A DNA stretch of 64,000 bases from a bacterium (GCA_017405375.1 JAFRAO010000043.1:111-64110), one strand, 5' to 3'. Counted from the first letter of the stretch, positions 1 to 10,540 are shown. The notes: generated from the letters alone by a model not told the origin. Numbers and translations are program-made.

Positions 1-122
1 ATAAAAACGTAAAATTTCAAGCAAAATATTTTTTAACAATAATTTTCTTAAACAATATTGTTTAAAATCTCAATAAAAAATTTGGTCCTGATTTTTTATC
101 AGAACCAAAATTTTTAAATTTA

Positions 123-1022
123 TTAAAACATATAACCGTTACTCAATCCGGCTGAACCTAAGTATCCTGTTGGTCCCCAAATTTGTTGAGCTGAATAATA
201 TGGCATTTCGGCTTGTTCTAAAGAATCATCTTCCGTTTCATCTTTCTTACCTGAAGATGCATCTTTAATTTCTTTCGCTTTTTCAGCTTTTTTTATCTTA
301 TCTGTCAATGTATTCAATGCATCTATCATGCCTGTTCTGCTTGTATAAAGACCATTAAGTGCTCCTTCAAATGCGCCTCTGGTTAAATTTGCTTCATGCG
401 CGATTCCGGCTTTTTCCGCACGTTGGTATAATGCTTTTGCAATATGTGATTCCAATTCTGTTTCAAAATCACCTGAAGTATCAGATCTAATCCATTCTAA
501 AATTCCGCCATCTTTGTATGTATTATTAAATAAATCCATAACTTCTATAACGTTATCACTGTTAATTTTATATATAGCTCTTTTTAATTTTCCATCATTT
601 GTTCCGATACCTGACATTGCTGTATATGCATCTGCAGCTATTTCGGCAGCTTTTTCTTGTTTTGCTTTCTTTTCTGCTTTCTTTGCCTCATCAGCTTGTT
701 TTGCTTCTTCTGATTTCTTATCTTCAGTTTTTTTATCAGCTTCAGGTTTTTTTGTATCATCAGTTTTTTGAGATGAATTGTCTACCGTTTCAGGTTTTTT
801 TGAATCAGCAGCGCTTTCAGCTTTTTTTCTTTGCTCTTCATATTTCAAAGAAGCATATCGCAAAGATTCGTCCATCCAATTTCTATTCATTGGCAACATA
901 TCTTGATAAAAAATCGAATCATAATGACTAACTTCACCATATCCGGGTGTTGAAACCAATGGCCCGTTCCAAGTGCAAATTCCATTATTGTAATTAAACG
1001 AAGTTGGAAACCAATTAAACAT
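123..1022 (-). CDS. Hypothetical protein: Lys/Glu/Ala-rich linker followed by one annexin-like repeat
   Basis: 299-aa ORF. The segment AADAYTAMSGIGTNDGKLKRAIYKINSDNVIEVMDLFNNTYKDGGILEWIRSDTSGDFETELESHIAKAL follows the annexin repeat pattern (GxGT[DN][DE] ... SGDFE). The + strand ORFs 514..771 and 599..931 are low-complexity shadows. Confidence 0.6.
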   Translation of the reverse strand: MFNWFPTSFNYNNGICTWNGPLVSTPGYGEVSHYDSIFYQDMLPMNRNWMDESLRYASLKYEEQRKKAESAADSKKPETVDNSSQKTDDTKKPEADKKTEDKKSEEAKQADEAKKAEKKAKQEKAAEIAADAYTAMSGIGTNDGKLKRAIYKINSDNVIEVMDLFNNTYKDGGILEWIRSDTSGDFETELESHIAKALYQRAEKAGIAHEANLTRGAFEGALNGLYTSRTGMIDALNTLTDKIKKAEKAKEIKDASSGKKDETEDDSLEQAEMPYYSAQQIWGPTGYLGSAGLSNGYMF

Positions 1023-1268
1023 TTTTAACCTTACCTATAACCAAATTGTATCTACATATTAATAAAGTTTTTTTATTTACAAAAATTGCCTTACTTGCCT
1101 GAAACCATGATAAACAAACGTCTTTAAGCACTTTAAAACCCTTTATTATCAATGTTTTTGTCAATGTAAAGATTTCTTAACAATCTTAAAAAATCTTTGC
1201 TTTTTTTAAGAAAAAATCAAATCATCTCCATATTCGTGCTATCATTTATTAGAGCTTAAGGAGAAAAA

Positions 1269-2198
1269 ATGTTAGATAATTTAGAAAAAATTGTTGATTT
1301 TAAACAAGGTGAAAATAAACAACAGAGTGCAAGTTTGTATAAAATGGAAAATTCACTTGATTGGGAACAATTAAACGGAAGTGAACTTTCTTATAGAAAT
1401 TACTTAGATATGACCTTACTTGTTGATGTATTGAGCGAATTTTATGATGTTTTCGCTACAGTTATCACAAAATCCGGTTTAATATGTGGTGCCGCACTTG
1501 GAAAAACTCTTGTAGATTCATACGCAAAAGCTGTTGATTGTAATACTTTAGGAGTTCTTGATTCTTGTATCGGTTTTTCGAAAATAGTTGATGAAAGAAC
1601 AGCAAAAAAAATCGTTCAAAGTAATTTTGAACTTGTTTTGGCTGTAGGTTATGATAAAGATGCTTTAGAAATTTTAAAAAAGCAAGAAGGATTAAAAATA
1701 ATCAAAGTTAATACTGCTTTTGAAGATATAAAAACTCTTGTATCGCAGGAATTAAAAATTACTCCGTTTGGAATATTAGAACAGGACAAAAACAGAGCAG
1801 ACTTTAACAAAGATACGTTTAAAGTTCAAACAAAGAAAAAACCTGAACAAGAACAGTTGGAAGATGCTATTTTTGCATTTAAAGTTGCAAAACACGCTAA
1901 ATCAAATGCGATAGTAATAGCAAAAAATTTCAAAACATTGTCTATAGGTCAAGCTGAAACATCATTTTCGGAAGCAGCCGAAAGAGCAATGGATTTAGCT
2001 TGTGATAGTACAAAAGATGCTGTTTTAGCAACTGATAGTAAAATATTAACAACAGATATTATTCATGCTGCAGCAAGAGGAAGGCTTGCACTAATAATTC
2101 ATGCAGGTGGAAGTATTAACGATAAAAAATTTGTTGAGCAAAGTGATAAATATGAAATCGCAATGGTTACAACCGGAATAGAACATTTTAAAGCATAA
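1269..2198 (+). CDS. Stand-alone PurH-like AICAR formyltransferase domain protein with substituted conserved motifs
   Basis: 309 aa. GGAG-type RBS (aaggag) lies before the ATG. The protein is collinear with the C-terminal AICARFT half of PurH: QLNGSELSYRNY, AKSNAIVIAKN, IIHAGGSINDKK, IAMVTTGIEHFKA. There is no N-terminal MGS/IMPCHase domain. Confidence 0.75.
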   Translation: MLDNLEKIVDFKQGENKQQSASLYKMENSLDWEQLNGSELSYRNYLDMTLLVDVLSEFYDVFATVITKSGLICGAALGKTLVDSYAKAVDCNTLGVLDSCIGFSKIVDERTAKKIVQSNFELVLAVGYDKDALEILKKQEGLKIIKVNTAFEDIKTLVSQELKITPFGILEQDKNRADFNKDTFKVQTKKKPEQEQLEDAIFAFKVAKHAKSNAIVIAKNFKTLSIGQAETSFSEAAERAMDLACDSTKDAVLATDSKILTTDIIHAAARGRLALIIHAGGSINDKKFVEQSDKYEIAMVTTGIEHFKA

Positions 2199-2225
2199 TT
2201 TAGATTAGTAGAGGAATAGAAAAAG

Positions 2226-3392
2226 ATGATAAAACCAACAAATAGTAGTGCAGTTAAATGGTTATCCGCAGGACATTTTACAACAGATGCATTTTCAGGA
2301 TTTTTAAATCCTATAATGCCTTTTATTGCCGCAAAAATAGGAATCTCAATGGGCGTAGCAGCCCTTTTAATGAGTATTTCTCAATTGTTTTCTCAATTAT
2401 TACAGCCAATATTCGGATTTTTCGCTGATAATATTTTAAAAAGAGGTTTTATCTTTTGGGGATTATTATTTTCTACAGTATTCTTCCCATTAACAGGTGT
2501 AGCAAGCAATGTTTATTGGTTAGGATTGTTTATAATTTTAGGAAGTATTGGTGTTAGTATTTTTCACCCCCAAAGTATTGGGTTTGTGATAAGATTCACG
2601 GAAAAAGATTTTACTAAAAATATGGGTATCTTCTTGAGTTTGGGATCTATTGGCTATTCTTTCGGACCATTAATTTCTGCTGCAATCACTCAATATTTGA
2701 GTTTGGAAAAAATGCCTGTATTATCTATTTTTGGTATAGTTCTTGCTTTGTTAATGTTTGTATGTGTTCCAAAAATTTCTAATACAGATATTATTGAAAA
2801 CAAAGAAAAAGATATTGTAAAAGTATTCAAAACTATTCTTTCAAACAAACAAGTTTTAATTTTGATTATAATTTCCATTATGAAAGCGTTAATTTCAAGC
2901 AGTTGCGCTATATTGCTTCCATTTTTATGGAAAGAAACAGGGCATAATCCTATTTACATAGGTATGGCATTGTTTTGGTTTATGTTTGCTGGCGGAATTG
3001 GTTCACTTGTTAGTCCAAAATTTGAAAAAATACTTGGAACTAAACAAGTTATATATTTATCAATGTTATCAATGCCTATTTTGATGTGTATATTTGTATT
3101 TTTACAAGACAAATTACCAATGGTTGCACTTGTTGATTTTGTTTTGATGGCATTTGTTTTAATGCTAGCAACTCCGATTACAATGGTTTTGGCACAAAAA
3201 GAATTACCTCAATACAAAAGCATTATTGGAGGATTCTTAAACGGTTTTTGCTGGGGTGTCGTTGGAGTATTACTAAGCGGACTTGGATTTATGGCACAAA
3301 AATTTGGTATATTACAAATGCTATTTATTGCAGGATTTGTACCGGCGTTAAGTGCATATCTTGTTAGATATTTGAAAGTGGAAGAAAATTAG
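2226..3392 (+). CDS. MFS-type membrane transporter
   Basis: 388 aa. About 12 hydrophobic segments arranged in two halves with a central hydrophilic loop (NTDIIENKEKDIVK). Confidence 0.7.
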   Translation: MIKPTNSSAVKWLSAGHFTTDAFSGFLNPIMPFIAAKIGISMGVAALLMSISQLFSQLLQPIFGFFADNILKRGFIFWGLLFSTVFFPLTGVASNVYWLGLFIILGSIGVSIFHPQSIGFVIRFTEKDFTKNMGIFLSLGSIGYSFGPLISAAITQYLSLEKMPVLSIFGIVLALLMFVCVPKISNTDIIENKEKDIVKVFKTILSNKQVLILIIISIMKALISSSCAILLPFLWKETGHNPIYIGMALFWFMFAGGIGSLVSPKFEKILGTKQVIYLSMLSMPILMCIFVFLQDKLPMVALVDFVLMAFVLMLATPITMVLAQKELPQYKSIIGGFLNGFCWGVVGVLLSGLGFMAQKFGILQMLFIAGFVPALSAYLVRYLKVEEN

Positions 3393-3394
3393 TT

Positions 3395-4519
3395 ATGAAA
3401 AATTCAAGAATATCAAATATAAGTGCTCATAGAGATTCTTGGGTTGAAATAAACATAGACAATGTTTCATCAAACGTAAAAGCCTTAAAGAGTTGTATAC
3501 CTGACAATATGAAAGTTTTAGCTGTGGTAAAGGCTGATGCATATGGACATGGTGCGGCTATGCTCGCTCCAACTCTATTAAGCAACAATATTGATATGCT
3601 TGGTGTTGCATCAATAGATGAAGCACTTAATTTAAGAGAAAACGGCATAACATCAGAAATTCTTGTATTAGGTGCTGTTCCTGTTTGGGCATTGCCTACA
3701 GCTATTGAAAATAACATCACCGTAACTTCTTTTACCCAAGAACATCTCGAATCTTGTCAAAAAACCTATGAAAGAACAGGTATTCCGGTAAAAACTCACA
3801 TAAAACTTGATACCGGAATGAATAGAATCGGAGTTCAGGCAAAAAATGCGGTAGAATATATAAAAAAAGTTCAATCAATGAAATGTATTGAATTAAAGGG
3901 TATTTTTTCTCATCTTGCAAATGCCGAAAATGAAGAAAAAACATGGCAACAGCTTGAAATTTGGGAAAATATCTTATCACAAGTTAATACAGATGGACTT
4001 TTATTGCATATTTTAAATACGGCAGGTGTGATTTCGAGTAATGTGTATAAATGCACATCTAATATGGTTAGATGCGGAATTGGGTTATATGGTTTATACC
4101 CTGATTTAATAGAACAAGCGCAAAAAATTGAATTAAAACAAGCAATGTCTGTTAAAACAAGAATTATTCATATTCATGAAATAGACAAAGGTGAAGGCGT
4201 AAGCTACGGACATACTTTTGTTGCTGACAAACCAACAAAAATTGCAACAGTTCCGTTAGGATATGCGGATGGAATTCCAAGATTGTTGTCTAACAAGTTT
4301 TACGGACACATTAATGGACAAAAAGTCAAACAAATTGGTAATGTCGCGATGGATCAGATGATGTTTGACATAACCGGAGTTGATGCCAAAACAGGTGATA
4401 TAATTACATTATTAGACGAATCTTTGCCCGTTACTAATTGGGCAAATGCGATGAATACAATTCATTACGAAATTTTATGTCATCTAAAAGCAAGACTTGC
4501 AAGAGTTTATACAAGATAA
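3395..4519 (+). CDS. alr: Alanine racemase
   Basis: 374 aa. PLP-lysine motif AVVKADAYGHG. C-terminal pattern VSYGHTF...PLGYADG...GNVAMDQMM is typical of Alr. Confidence 0.9.
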   Translation: MKNSRISNISAHRDSWVEINIDNVSSNVKALKSCIPDNMKVLAVVKADAYGHGAAMLAPTLLSNNIDMLGVASIDEALNLRENGITSEILVLGAVPVWALPTAIENNITVTSFTQEHLESCQKTYERTGIPVKTHIKLDTGMNRIGVQAKNAVEYIKKVQSMKCIELKGIFSHLANAENEEKTWQQLEIWENILSQVNTDGLLLHILNTAGVISSNVYKCTSNMVRCGIGLYGLYPDLIEQAQKIELKQAMSVKTRIIHIHEIDKGEGVSYGHTFVADKPTKIATVPLGYADGIPRLLSNKFYGHINGQKVKQIGNVAMDQMMFDITGVDAKTGDIITLLDESLPVTNWANAMNTIHYEILCHLKARLARVYTR

Positions 4520-4532
4520 GAAAGTGAAAAAC

Positions 4533-5768
4533 ATGACAAAATATGATTTAGGAATTATAGGAGCAGGACCTGCAGGATTTACGGCAGCTCTTTTGGCAGC
4601 AGATAAAGGTCAATCGGTTATACTTTTTGAAAAAGATAAAATCGGCGGAACATGTCTGAACAAAGGATGTATCCCGACAAAAACCATTTTGCATTCAACA
4701 GATTTATTCAACGATATTAAAAACGCACAAAATTTAGGAATAGTTGCAAATGATATCAACTTTGATTTTGCAAAAGCGATGGAACGTAAAAATAAAGTTG
4801 TTGATACTTTAAGAAATGCATTGACAAAAAATCTTGAAAATAAGGGTATAAAAATTGTTTATGCTGAAGCAAAAATTATTGACAACAATACAATTGGAGC
4901 AAATAATGAACAATATAAAACAGAAAAAATAATTATAGCCTCAGGGTCAAATCCAAGAGAGTTAAAAGGACTAGAATTCGACCACAAATTCATTTTGAAT
5001 TCTGATGATTTATTTGAAATGACAAATATTCCTAAAAAAGTTGCAATTGTTGGCGCAGGAGCTGAAGGAATTGAATGGGCAAGAATATTTAAAAATATAG
5101 ACTGTGATGTTACTGTAATTGAAGCTGCACCAAGACTTTTGGCTATTGCAGATGAAGAAGTTTCAAAATATATTGAAAGAATGTTTAAAGTTAGAAAAAT
5201 AAATTTCAAATTATCAACAACTGTGGATAAAATTGAGGATAAAAAAGTTATTTTATCTAACGGCGAAATTTTAGAACCTGATTTTGTTCTGGTCGCAGTC
5301 GGAAGGACTGTTAATATCCCTGATAATAGCGAAAATTTAACAATTATAGGTGATGCAGATAATAAAATTATGCTTGCAAATTTTGCTATGCAACAGGCAA
5401 AACAAGCTATTTTAGGTACGAATATTGAAAATACTATTATTCCAAGTGTAATTTACGGAACTCCTGAAATTGCTTGGATTGGTAAAAAAGAGCAAGATTT
5501 GACGGATGGAACATACAAAAAATCAGTATTTCCAATAAGAGCATTGGGAAAAGCTCATTGCGATAACGAAATTGAAGGTTTTATTAAAATATTAAGCATA
5601 GATGAAAAAATAGTTGGTGCACATATTATATCAAAAGAAGCATCAGCAATGATTCATCAACTTTTAGTAGCAATGGAAAATAATATTGAAATTAGCAAAC
5701 TTAAAGATTTATGTTTTGCCCATCCGACATTCTCAGAAGGGATTTATGAAAGCATTTTAGGACTATGA
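4533..5768 (+). CDS. Dihydrolipoyl dehydrogenase family flavoprotein disulfide reductase
   Basis: GIIGAGPAG FAD fold, redox-active GGTCLNKGCIPTK, second Rossmann VAIVGAGAEG, C-terminal HPTFSE. Start moved to ATG 4533, just after the alr stop. The track start at 4497 overlaps alr. Confidence 0.8.
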   Translation: MTKYDLGIIGAGPAGFTAALLAADKGQSVILFEKDKIGGTCLNKGCIPTKTILHSTDLFNDIKNAQNLGIVANDINFDFAKAMERKNKVVDTLRNALTKNLENKGIKIVYAEAKIIDNNTIGANNEQYKTEKIIIASGSNPRELKGLEFDHKFILNSDDLFEMTNIPKKVAIVGAGAEGIEWARIFKNIDCDVTVIEAAPRLLAIADEEVSKYIERMFKVRKINFKLSTTVDKIEDKKVILSNGEILEPDFVLVAVGRTVNIPDNSENLTIIGDADNKIMLANFAMQQAKQAILGTNIENTIIPSVIYGTPEIAWIGKKEQDLTDGTYKKSVFPIRALGKAHCDNEIEGFIKILSIDEKIVGAHIISKEASAMIHQLLVAMENNIEISKLKDLCFAHPTFSEGIYESILGL

Positions 5769-6607
5769 AAAGATTACCTGATTATTTAAAACGCCAAATT
5801 ATAGATACAGAAAAAACCAAAACAGTTCGTTCAATTTTAAAGCACAACTGTTTAAATACAGTGTGTGAAAATGCACGTTGTCCAAATAAAAATGAATGTT
5901 ATCAAAAAAATACGGCAACTTTTTTAATTATGGGTAATGTTTGTACAAGAAATTGCCGCTATTGCAATATTTCTTGCCAAAAGCCGGAACCATTGGATGA
6001 AAAAGAACCTCAAAATTTAGCAAAAGCTGTTAGTGAATTAAAACTAAAATATTCGGTTATAACATCAGTTACAAGAGATGATTTGCCCGATGGCGGAGCA
6101 AGACATTTTGCAAAAACGATTGAAGAAATTAGAAAAATATCTCCGAATACAAAAATAGAAATTTTAACTCCTGATTTTAAAGGTGATAAAGAGGCTTTAG
6201 ATATAATTATTAAAGCACATCCTGATGTATTTAATCACAATATTGAAACAGTTGAAGATTTATTTAAAACTGCTCGTCCCCAAGGGAATTATCAACGTTC
6301 ATTGGATGTTTTAAAATACATAAAAGAAAATAGCAATATAATTACAAAATCAGGGTTGATGGTTGGATTGGGCGAAAGTGAAAACCAAATAATAAAAACT
6401 TTAGAAGATTTACACTCCGTCGGATGCGATATTTTAACAATAGGACAGTATATTCAGCCATCTAAACAACATCTGGAAGTTGATAAGTATTACACAGAAG
6501 AAGAATTTGAACATTTAAAAGAACTTGCAAAGCAAGCAGGATTTGAAAAATATCAAATAGCACCTCTTGTAAGAAGTTCTTATAATGCATTTAAGATGTA
6601 TAATTAA
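5765..6607 (+). CDS. lipA: Lipoyl synthase
   Basis: 280 aa. Radical-SAM CTRNCRYCNI plus N-terminal auxiliary cluster Cys motif CENARCPNKNEC. 4-nt overlap with the upstream gene. Confidence 0.92.
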   Translation: MKRLPDYLKRQIIDTEKTKTVRSILKHNCLNTVCENARCPNKNECYQKNTATFLIMGNVCTRNCRYCNISCQKPEPLDEKEPQNLAKAVSELKLKYSVITSVTRDDLPDGGARHFAKTIEEIRKISPNTKIEILTPDFKGDKEALDIIIKAHPDVFNHNIETVEDLFKTARPQGNYQRSLDVLKYIKENSNIITKSGLMVGLGESENQIIKTLEDLHSVGCDILTIGQYIQPSKQHLEVDKYYTEEEFEHLKELAKQAGFEKYQIAPLVRSSYNAFKMYN

Positions 6608-6608
6608 A

Positions 6609-7712
6609 TTATGTAGCAAATCTAAAGTGCATTATATCGCCGTCTTGAACTACATAATCTTTACCTTCCAAACGCATTAAACCTTTTTCTTTTGCTACTG
6701 TATAAGATCCGTTGCAAGAAAGAAAATCATCATATGAAATAACTTCTGCTCTAATAAAGCCTTTTTCAAAATCAGTATGAATTACACCTGCCGCTTGAGG
6801 TGCTTTCATGCCGGCAGTAATTGTCCAAGCTTTAACTTCCATTTCACCTGCAGTAATGTATGTTCTCAAATTTAACAGGTGATATACAGACTGAATCATT
6901 TTTTCAATGCCTGAACTTGTTATTCCTAATTCTGATAAAAATTCTTTTGCTTCTTCTTGGGATAAATCAGCTAATTCTTCTTCTATTTTTGCAGAAATTA
7001 TAACCATTTCAGCACCATGTTTTTTAGCATATTCGCCAACGGCCTTTGTATATTCATTTCCTGTATTAACTTCAGTTTCTGACACATTTGCCGCATAAAT
7101 TACAGGCTTTATGCTCATTAATTGAGTTTGAGATGCAAATTTTAATTCTTCTTCATCATCAAACAAATCATTAATATTAATAAATGTAGCTTCTGAAAGT
7201 TTATCATACAATGTTTGCATAACTTTAACTTCCATTTTTGCTTGCTTATCACCTGAATTTGCTAATTTTGAAGTTTTTGCAATTCTTTTTTCCAATGATG
7301 CCATATCTGCAAGTGCTAATTCAGTATTGATAGTTTCAATATCATCTAACGGATTAACTTTACCCGCAACATGAACTGTATTTGCATCATCAAAACATCT
7401 TACAACTTGAATTATTGCATCTGTTTCTCTTATGTTTGCCAAAAACTGGTTTCCTAAACCTTCACCCTTGCTTGCACCTTTAACCAATCCTGCAATATCT
7501 ACAAATTCTATTGCTGTTGGAACAACTTTTGCTGCATTTACTAACGGTTGTAACTTTTCCAATCTTTCATCAGGAACACCTACAACTCCTATATTTGGTT
7601 CAATTGTACAAAACGGATAATTAGCACTTTGCGCATTTTTTGCACTTGTCAGTGCATTAAACAATGTTGATTTACCTACATTCGGTAAGCCTACAATACC
7701 TGTTCTTAGCAT
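6609..7712 (-). CDS. ychF: Ribosome-binding ATPase YchF
   Basis: 367 aa. GIVGLPNVGKSTLFNALT P-loop. C-terminal TGS-like region IHTDFEKGFIRAEV. Confidence 0.93.
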   Translation of the reverse strand: MLRTGIVGLPNVGKSTLFNALTSAKNAQSANYPFCTIEPNIGVVGVPDERLEKLQPLVNAAKVVPTAIEFVDIAGLVKGASKGEGLGNQFLANIRETDAIIQVVRCFDDANTVHVAGKVNPLDDIETINTELALADMASLEKRIAKTSKLANSGDKQAKMEVKVMQTLYDKLSEATFININDLFDDEEELKFASQTQLMSIKPVIYAANVSETEVNTGNEYTKAVGEYAKKHGAEMVIISAKIEEELADLSQEEAKEFLSELGITSSGIEKMIQSVYHLLNLRTYITAGEMEVKAWTITAGMKAPQAAGVIHTDFEKGFIRAEVISYDDFLSCNGSYTVAKEKGLMRLEGKDYVVQDGDIMHFRFAT

Positions 7713-7747
7713 TTTTACTTCCTTTATATATCTATTTATTATTATTA

Positions 7748-10540
7748 TTATTGTTGTTGTTTATTCATACAGCAGTTTTTATATTTTTTCCCACTGCCAC
7801 ATGGACAAGGATCATTTCTGCCGATTTTATCACCTTTTACTATTGGTTTAACTTCAACATCTTCTTTTTCTTCAGAACTGTCAAATTCTTCTGCAGCTCT
7901 TGAAAGATTTGTTTCAACTTCTTCTCTTTGAACAATTTGCACACCAAATTTTGTTCTGAACAAATGTTTTACAAATTCTGCTTGAATATCATACATCATG
8001 TTGTTAAACAAATCGTATGCTTCTTTTTTATACTCAATTAGAGGATCTTTTTGTCCGTATGCTCTTAGTCCGATACCATCACGCAAAATATCTATATTAT
8101 GTAAATGGTCAATCCATCTATTATCAACCACTTGAAGCATAATATCTCTTTCTACTGCTCTTGCGATATTATCATCTTCAAACGGGTGTTGTTCTTTTGG
8201 ATTTTCTTCATACTGAGAGATAACTTCATTATAGAAATTAACCATTTCTTCTTCGTGTTCTTTATATTTTTGTTTTGCTAAATCAAGCAATTTGTCATAC
8301 ATTTCGTTAAATGTAAGATTTTTTATATCTGAAACAGAAATATAAGATAATTGAGGAATTATAGAGTGTAATTCTTTTACAAGTCGTTGTAAATCTTCTT
8401 CAATATATTCTTCAATTCTCATATTTGGAGAAATATAGCCGCTCAAAAGTCTGTCTATTTCTTTTTCTATCATATATATAACATCTTCTGACAAGTTTTT
8501 GCCTGATAGAACTTTTTTACGTTGTTCATAGAATTTTTCTCTTTGAATATTCATAACATCATCATATTCAAGAACAGATTTTCTGATATCAAAGTGATAA
8601 GTTTCAACTTTCTTTTGTGCTGATTGAATTTGAGCGGTAATAATAGGGTTTTCAATTGCCATATCATCTTCAACATTAAGAGCATTCATCAATTGAATAA
8701 TTTTTTCACCACCGAAAATTCTCATCAAATTATCTTCTAAAGATAAGAAAAATCTTGTAGAACCTGGATCACCCTGACGAGCAGCACGACCTCTTAATTG
8801 GTTATCGATACGTCTTGATTCATGACGTTCCGTACCTATAACATGTAATCCGCCTGCTTTTACAACATCTGCGTGCTCTTTTTCTGTTTGCTCACGCATT
8901 TGTGATAAAATTTCATTTTTAACTTCTTCGTAATTTGCATCATCAGGAGAAACATGCATATTTTCCAGTTTTTCTTTTGCCAAATATTCAGCGTTACCAC
9001 CTAACAAAATATCAGTACCACGACCTGCCATATTTGTTGCAATAGTTACTGCACCTTTTCGTCCGGCTTGAGCAATAATATATGCTTCTTTTTCGTGATG
9101 CTTAGCATTCAATACGTTATGAGGAATATTTCTTTGTTTTAATAATTGGGAGATATATTCAGATTTTTCAATACTAATAGTACCAACCAAAACAGGTCTG
9201 CCGATTTTGTGCATTGCAATAATATCATCCACAACAGCCAAATATTTTTGCTTTTCTGTTTTGTAAATAACGTCTGAATAATTAACTCTTATGTCCTTTT
9301 TATTTGTCGGAATAATCGTAACTTCAAGGTTATAAATCTTTCCAAATTCAGCTTCTTCTGTCATTGCAGTACCGGTCATACCTGACAATTTAGGGTATAA
9401 TCTGAATAGGTTTTGGAAAGTTACACTTGCCAAAGTTTGCGTTTCATCTTGAATTTTAACCCCTTCCTTAGCCTCGACTGCTTGATGCAAACCATCTGAC
9501 CAACGGCGACCTTCCATCAAACGACCTGTAAATTCGTCAACAATACAAACTTCACCGTCTTTTACAACATAATCTGTATCTTTTACAAACAATTCTTTGG
9601 CTTTTAGAGCTTGTAAAAGGTGATGAGCGTAATTATCCTGGATATCAAACAAATCATTGCATCCGATAATTTTCTGAGCTTTATCAATACCATCTTCTGT
9701 CAAGATAACATTTTTATTCTTTTCATCAACTTCATAATCAACAATTTTTTCTAATTGAGGTGCAACTTTTGCCATTAATTGATAAGTTTCGGCGGATTTT
9801 TCCAATCTTCCGCTGATAATTAACGGTGTTCTTGCTTCATCAATTAAAATACTGTCAACTTCGTCTATAATTGCATAATTAAAAGGTCTTTGAACAAGCA
9901 TTTCATTACTGCTTGCCATATTATCACGCAAATAATCAAAACCGAATTCGTTGTTTGTACCGTAGGTAATATCACAGGCATAAGCTTGTCTTTTTAAATT
10001 AAAATCTTCAGCAGAACGACCACCTGAAAGAATAACACCAACAGTTAAGCCTAAGAATTTATAGATTTTACCCATCCACTCTGAATCACGTTTTGCAAGG
10101 TAATCGTTTACAGTAACTACATGAACACCTTTTCCAGTTAAGGCATTTAAGTATGCAGGAAGAGTTGCAACTAATGTTTTACCTTCACCTGTTCTCATTT
10201 CTGCAATATGACCGTTATGCAAAAAATATCCGCCGATTAACTGAACATCAAAATGGCGCATATTTAAAACACGTTTACCGGCTTCTCTTACAGTTGCAAA
10301 TGCTTCCGGCAAAATTTTATCTAAAGCTTCTTTTTCCAAAATTCTATCTGCTTTCGGATTATCAGAAGTTCTTCGTTGGGCAAGAATTTCTTTAAATTCT
10401 GCCGTTTTTGCACGTAATTGTTCATCCGTCATTTTTTCAAATTCAGGTTCAAGTGCGTTTATATGTTCAATTATAGGCATTATTGCCTTAATTTTTTTCT
10501 CGTGAGGATCCCCCATTAATTTCAACAAAAATTGTAACAT
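7748..10540 (-). CDS. secA: Preprotein translocase ATPase SecA
   Basis: MRTGEGKTLVATLPAYLNAL Walker A, DEVDSILIDEARTPLIISG, C-terminal zinc motif CPCGSGKKYKNCC. Start set at ATG 10540, preceded by GGGGG. The track start at 10555 is a TTG. Confidence 0.95.
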   Translation of the reverse strand: MLQFLLKLMGDPHEKKIKAIMPIIEHINALEPEFEKMTDEQLRAKTAEFKEILAQRRTSDNPKADRILEKEALDKILPEAFATVREAGKRVLNMRHFDVQLIGGYFLHNGHIAEMRTGEGKTLVATLPAYLNALTGKGVHVVTVNDYLAKRDSEWMGKIYKFLGLTVGVILSGGRSAEDFNLKRQAYACDITYGTNNEFGFDYLRDNMASSNEMLVQRPFNYAIIDEVDSILIDEARTPLIISGRLEKSAETYQLMAKVAPQLEKIVDYEVDEKNKNVILTEDGIDKAQKIIGCNDLFDIQDNYAHHLLQALKAKELFVKDTDYVVKDGEVCIVDEFTGRLMEGRRWSDGLHQAVEAKEGVKIQDETQTLASVTFQNLFRLYPKLSGMTGTAMTEEAEFGKIYNLEVTIIPTNKKDIRVNYSDVIYKTEKQKYLAVVDDIIAMHKIGRPVLVGTISIEKSEYISQLLKQRNIPHNVLNAKHHEKEAYIIAQAGRKGAVTIATNMAGRGTDILLGGNAEYLAKEKLENMHVSPDDANYEEVKNEILSQMREQTEKEHADVVKAGGLHVIGTERHESRRIDNQLRGRAARQGDPGSTRFFLSLEDNLMRIFGGEKIIQLMNALNVEDDMAIENPIITAQIQSAQKKVETYHFDIRKSVLEYDDVMNIQREKFYEQRKKVLSGKNLSEDVIYMIEKEIDRLLSGYISPNMRIEEYIEEDLQRLVKELHSIIPQLSYISVSDIKNLTFNEMYDKLLDLAKQKYKEHEEEMVNFYNEVISQYEENPKEQHPFEDDNIARAVERDIMLQVVDNRWIDHLHNIDILRDGIGLRAYGQKDPLIEYKKEAYDLFNNMMYDIQAEFVKHLFRTKFGVQIVQREEVETNLSRAAEEFDSSEEKEDVEVKPIVKGDKIGRNDPCPCGSGKKYKNCCMNKQQQ

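Noticed and set aside
514-931. Plus-strand ORFs 514..771 and 599..931 inside the annexin-like gene
   Set aside because: They are low-complexity Phe/Leu/Ser translations antisense to a Lys/Glu-rich coding region. They are typical shadow ORFs with no start signals.
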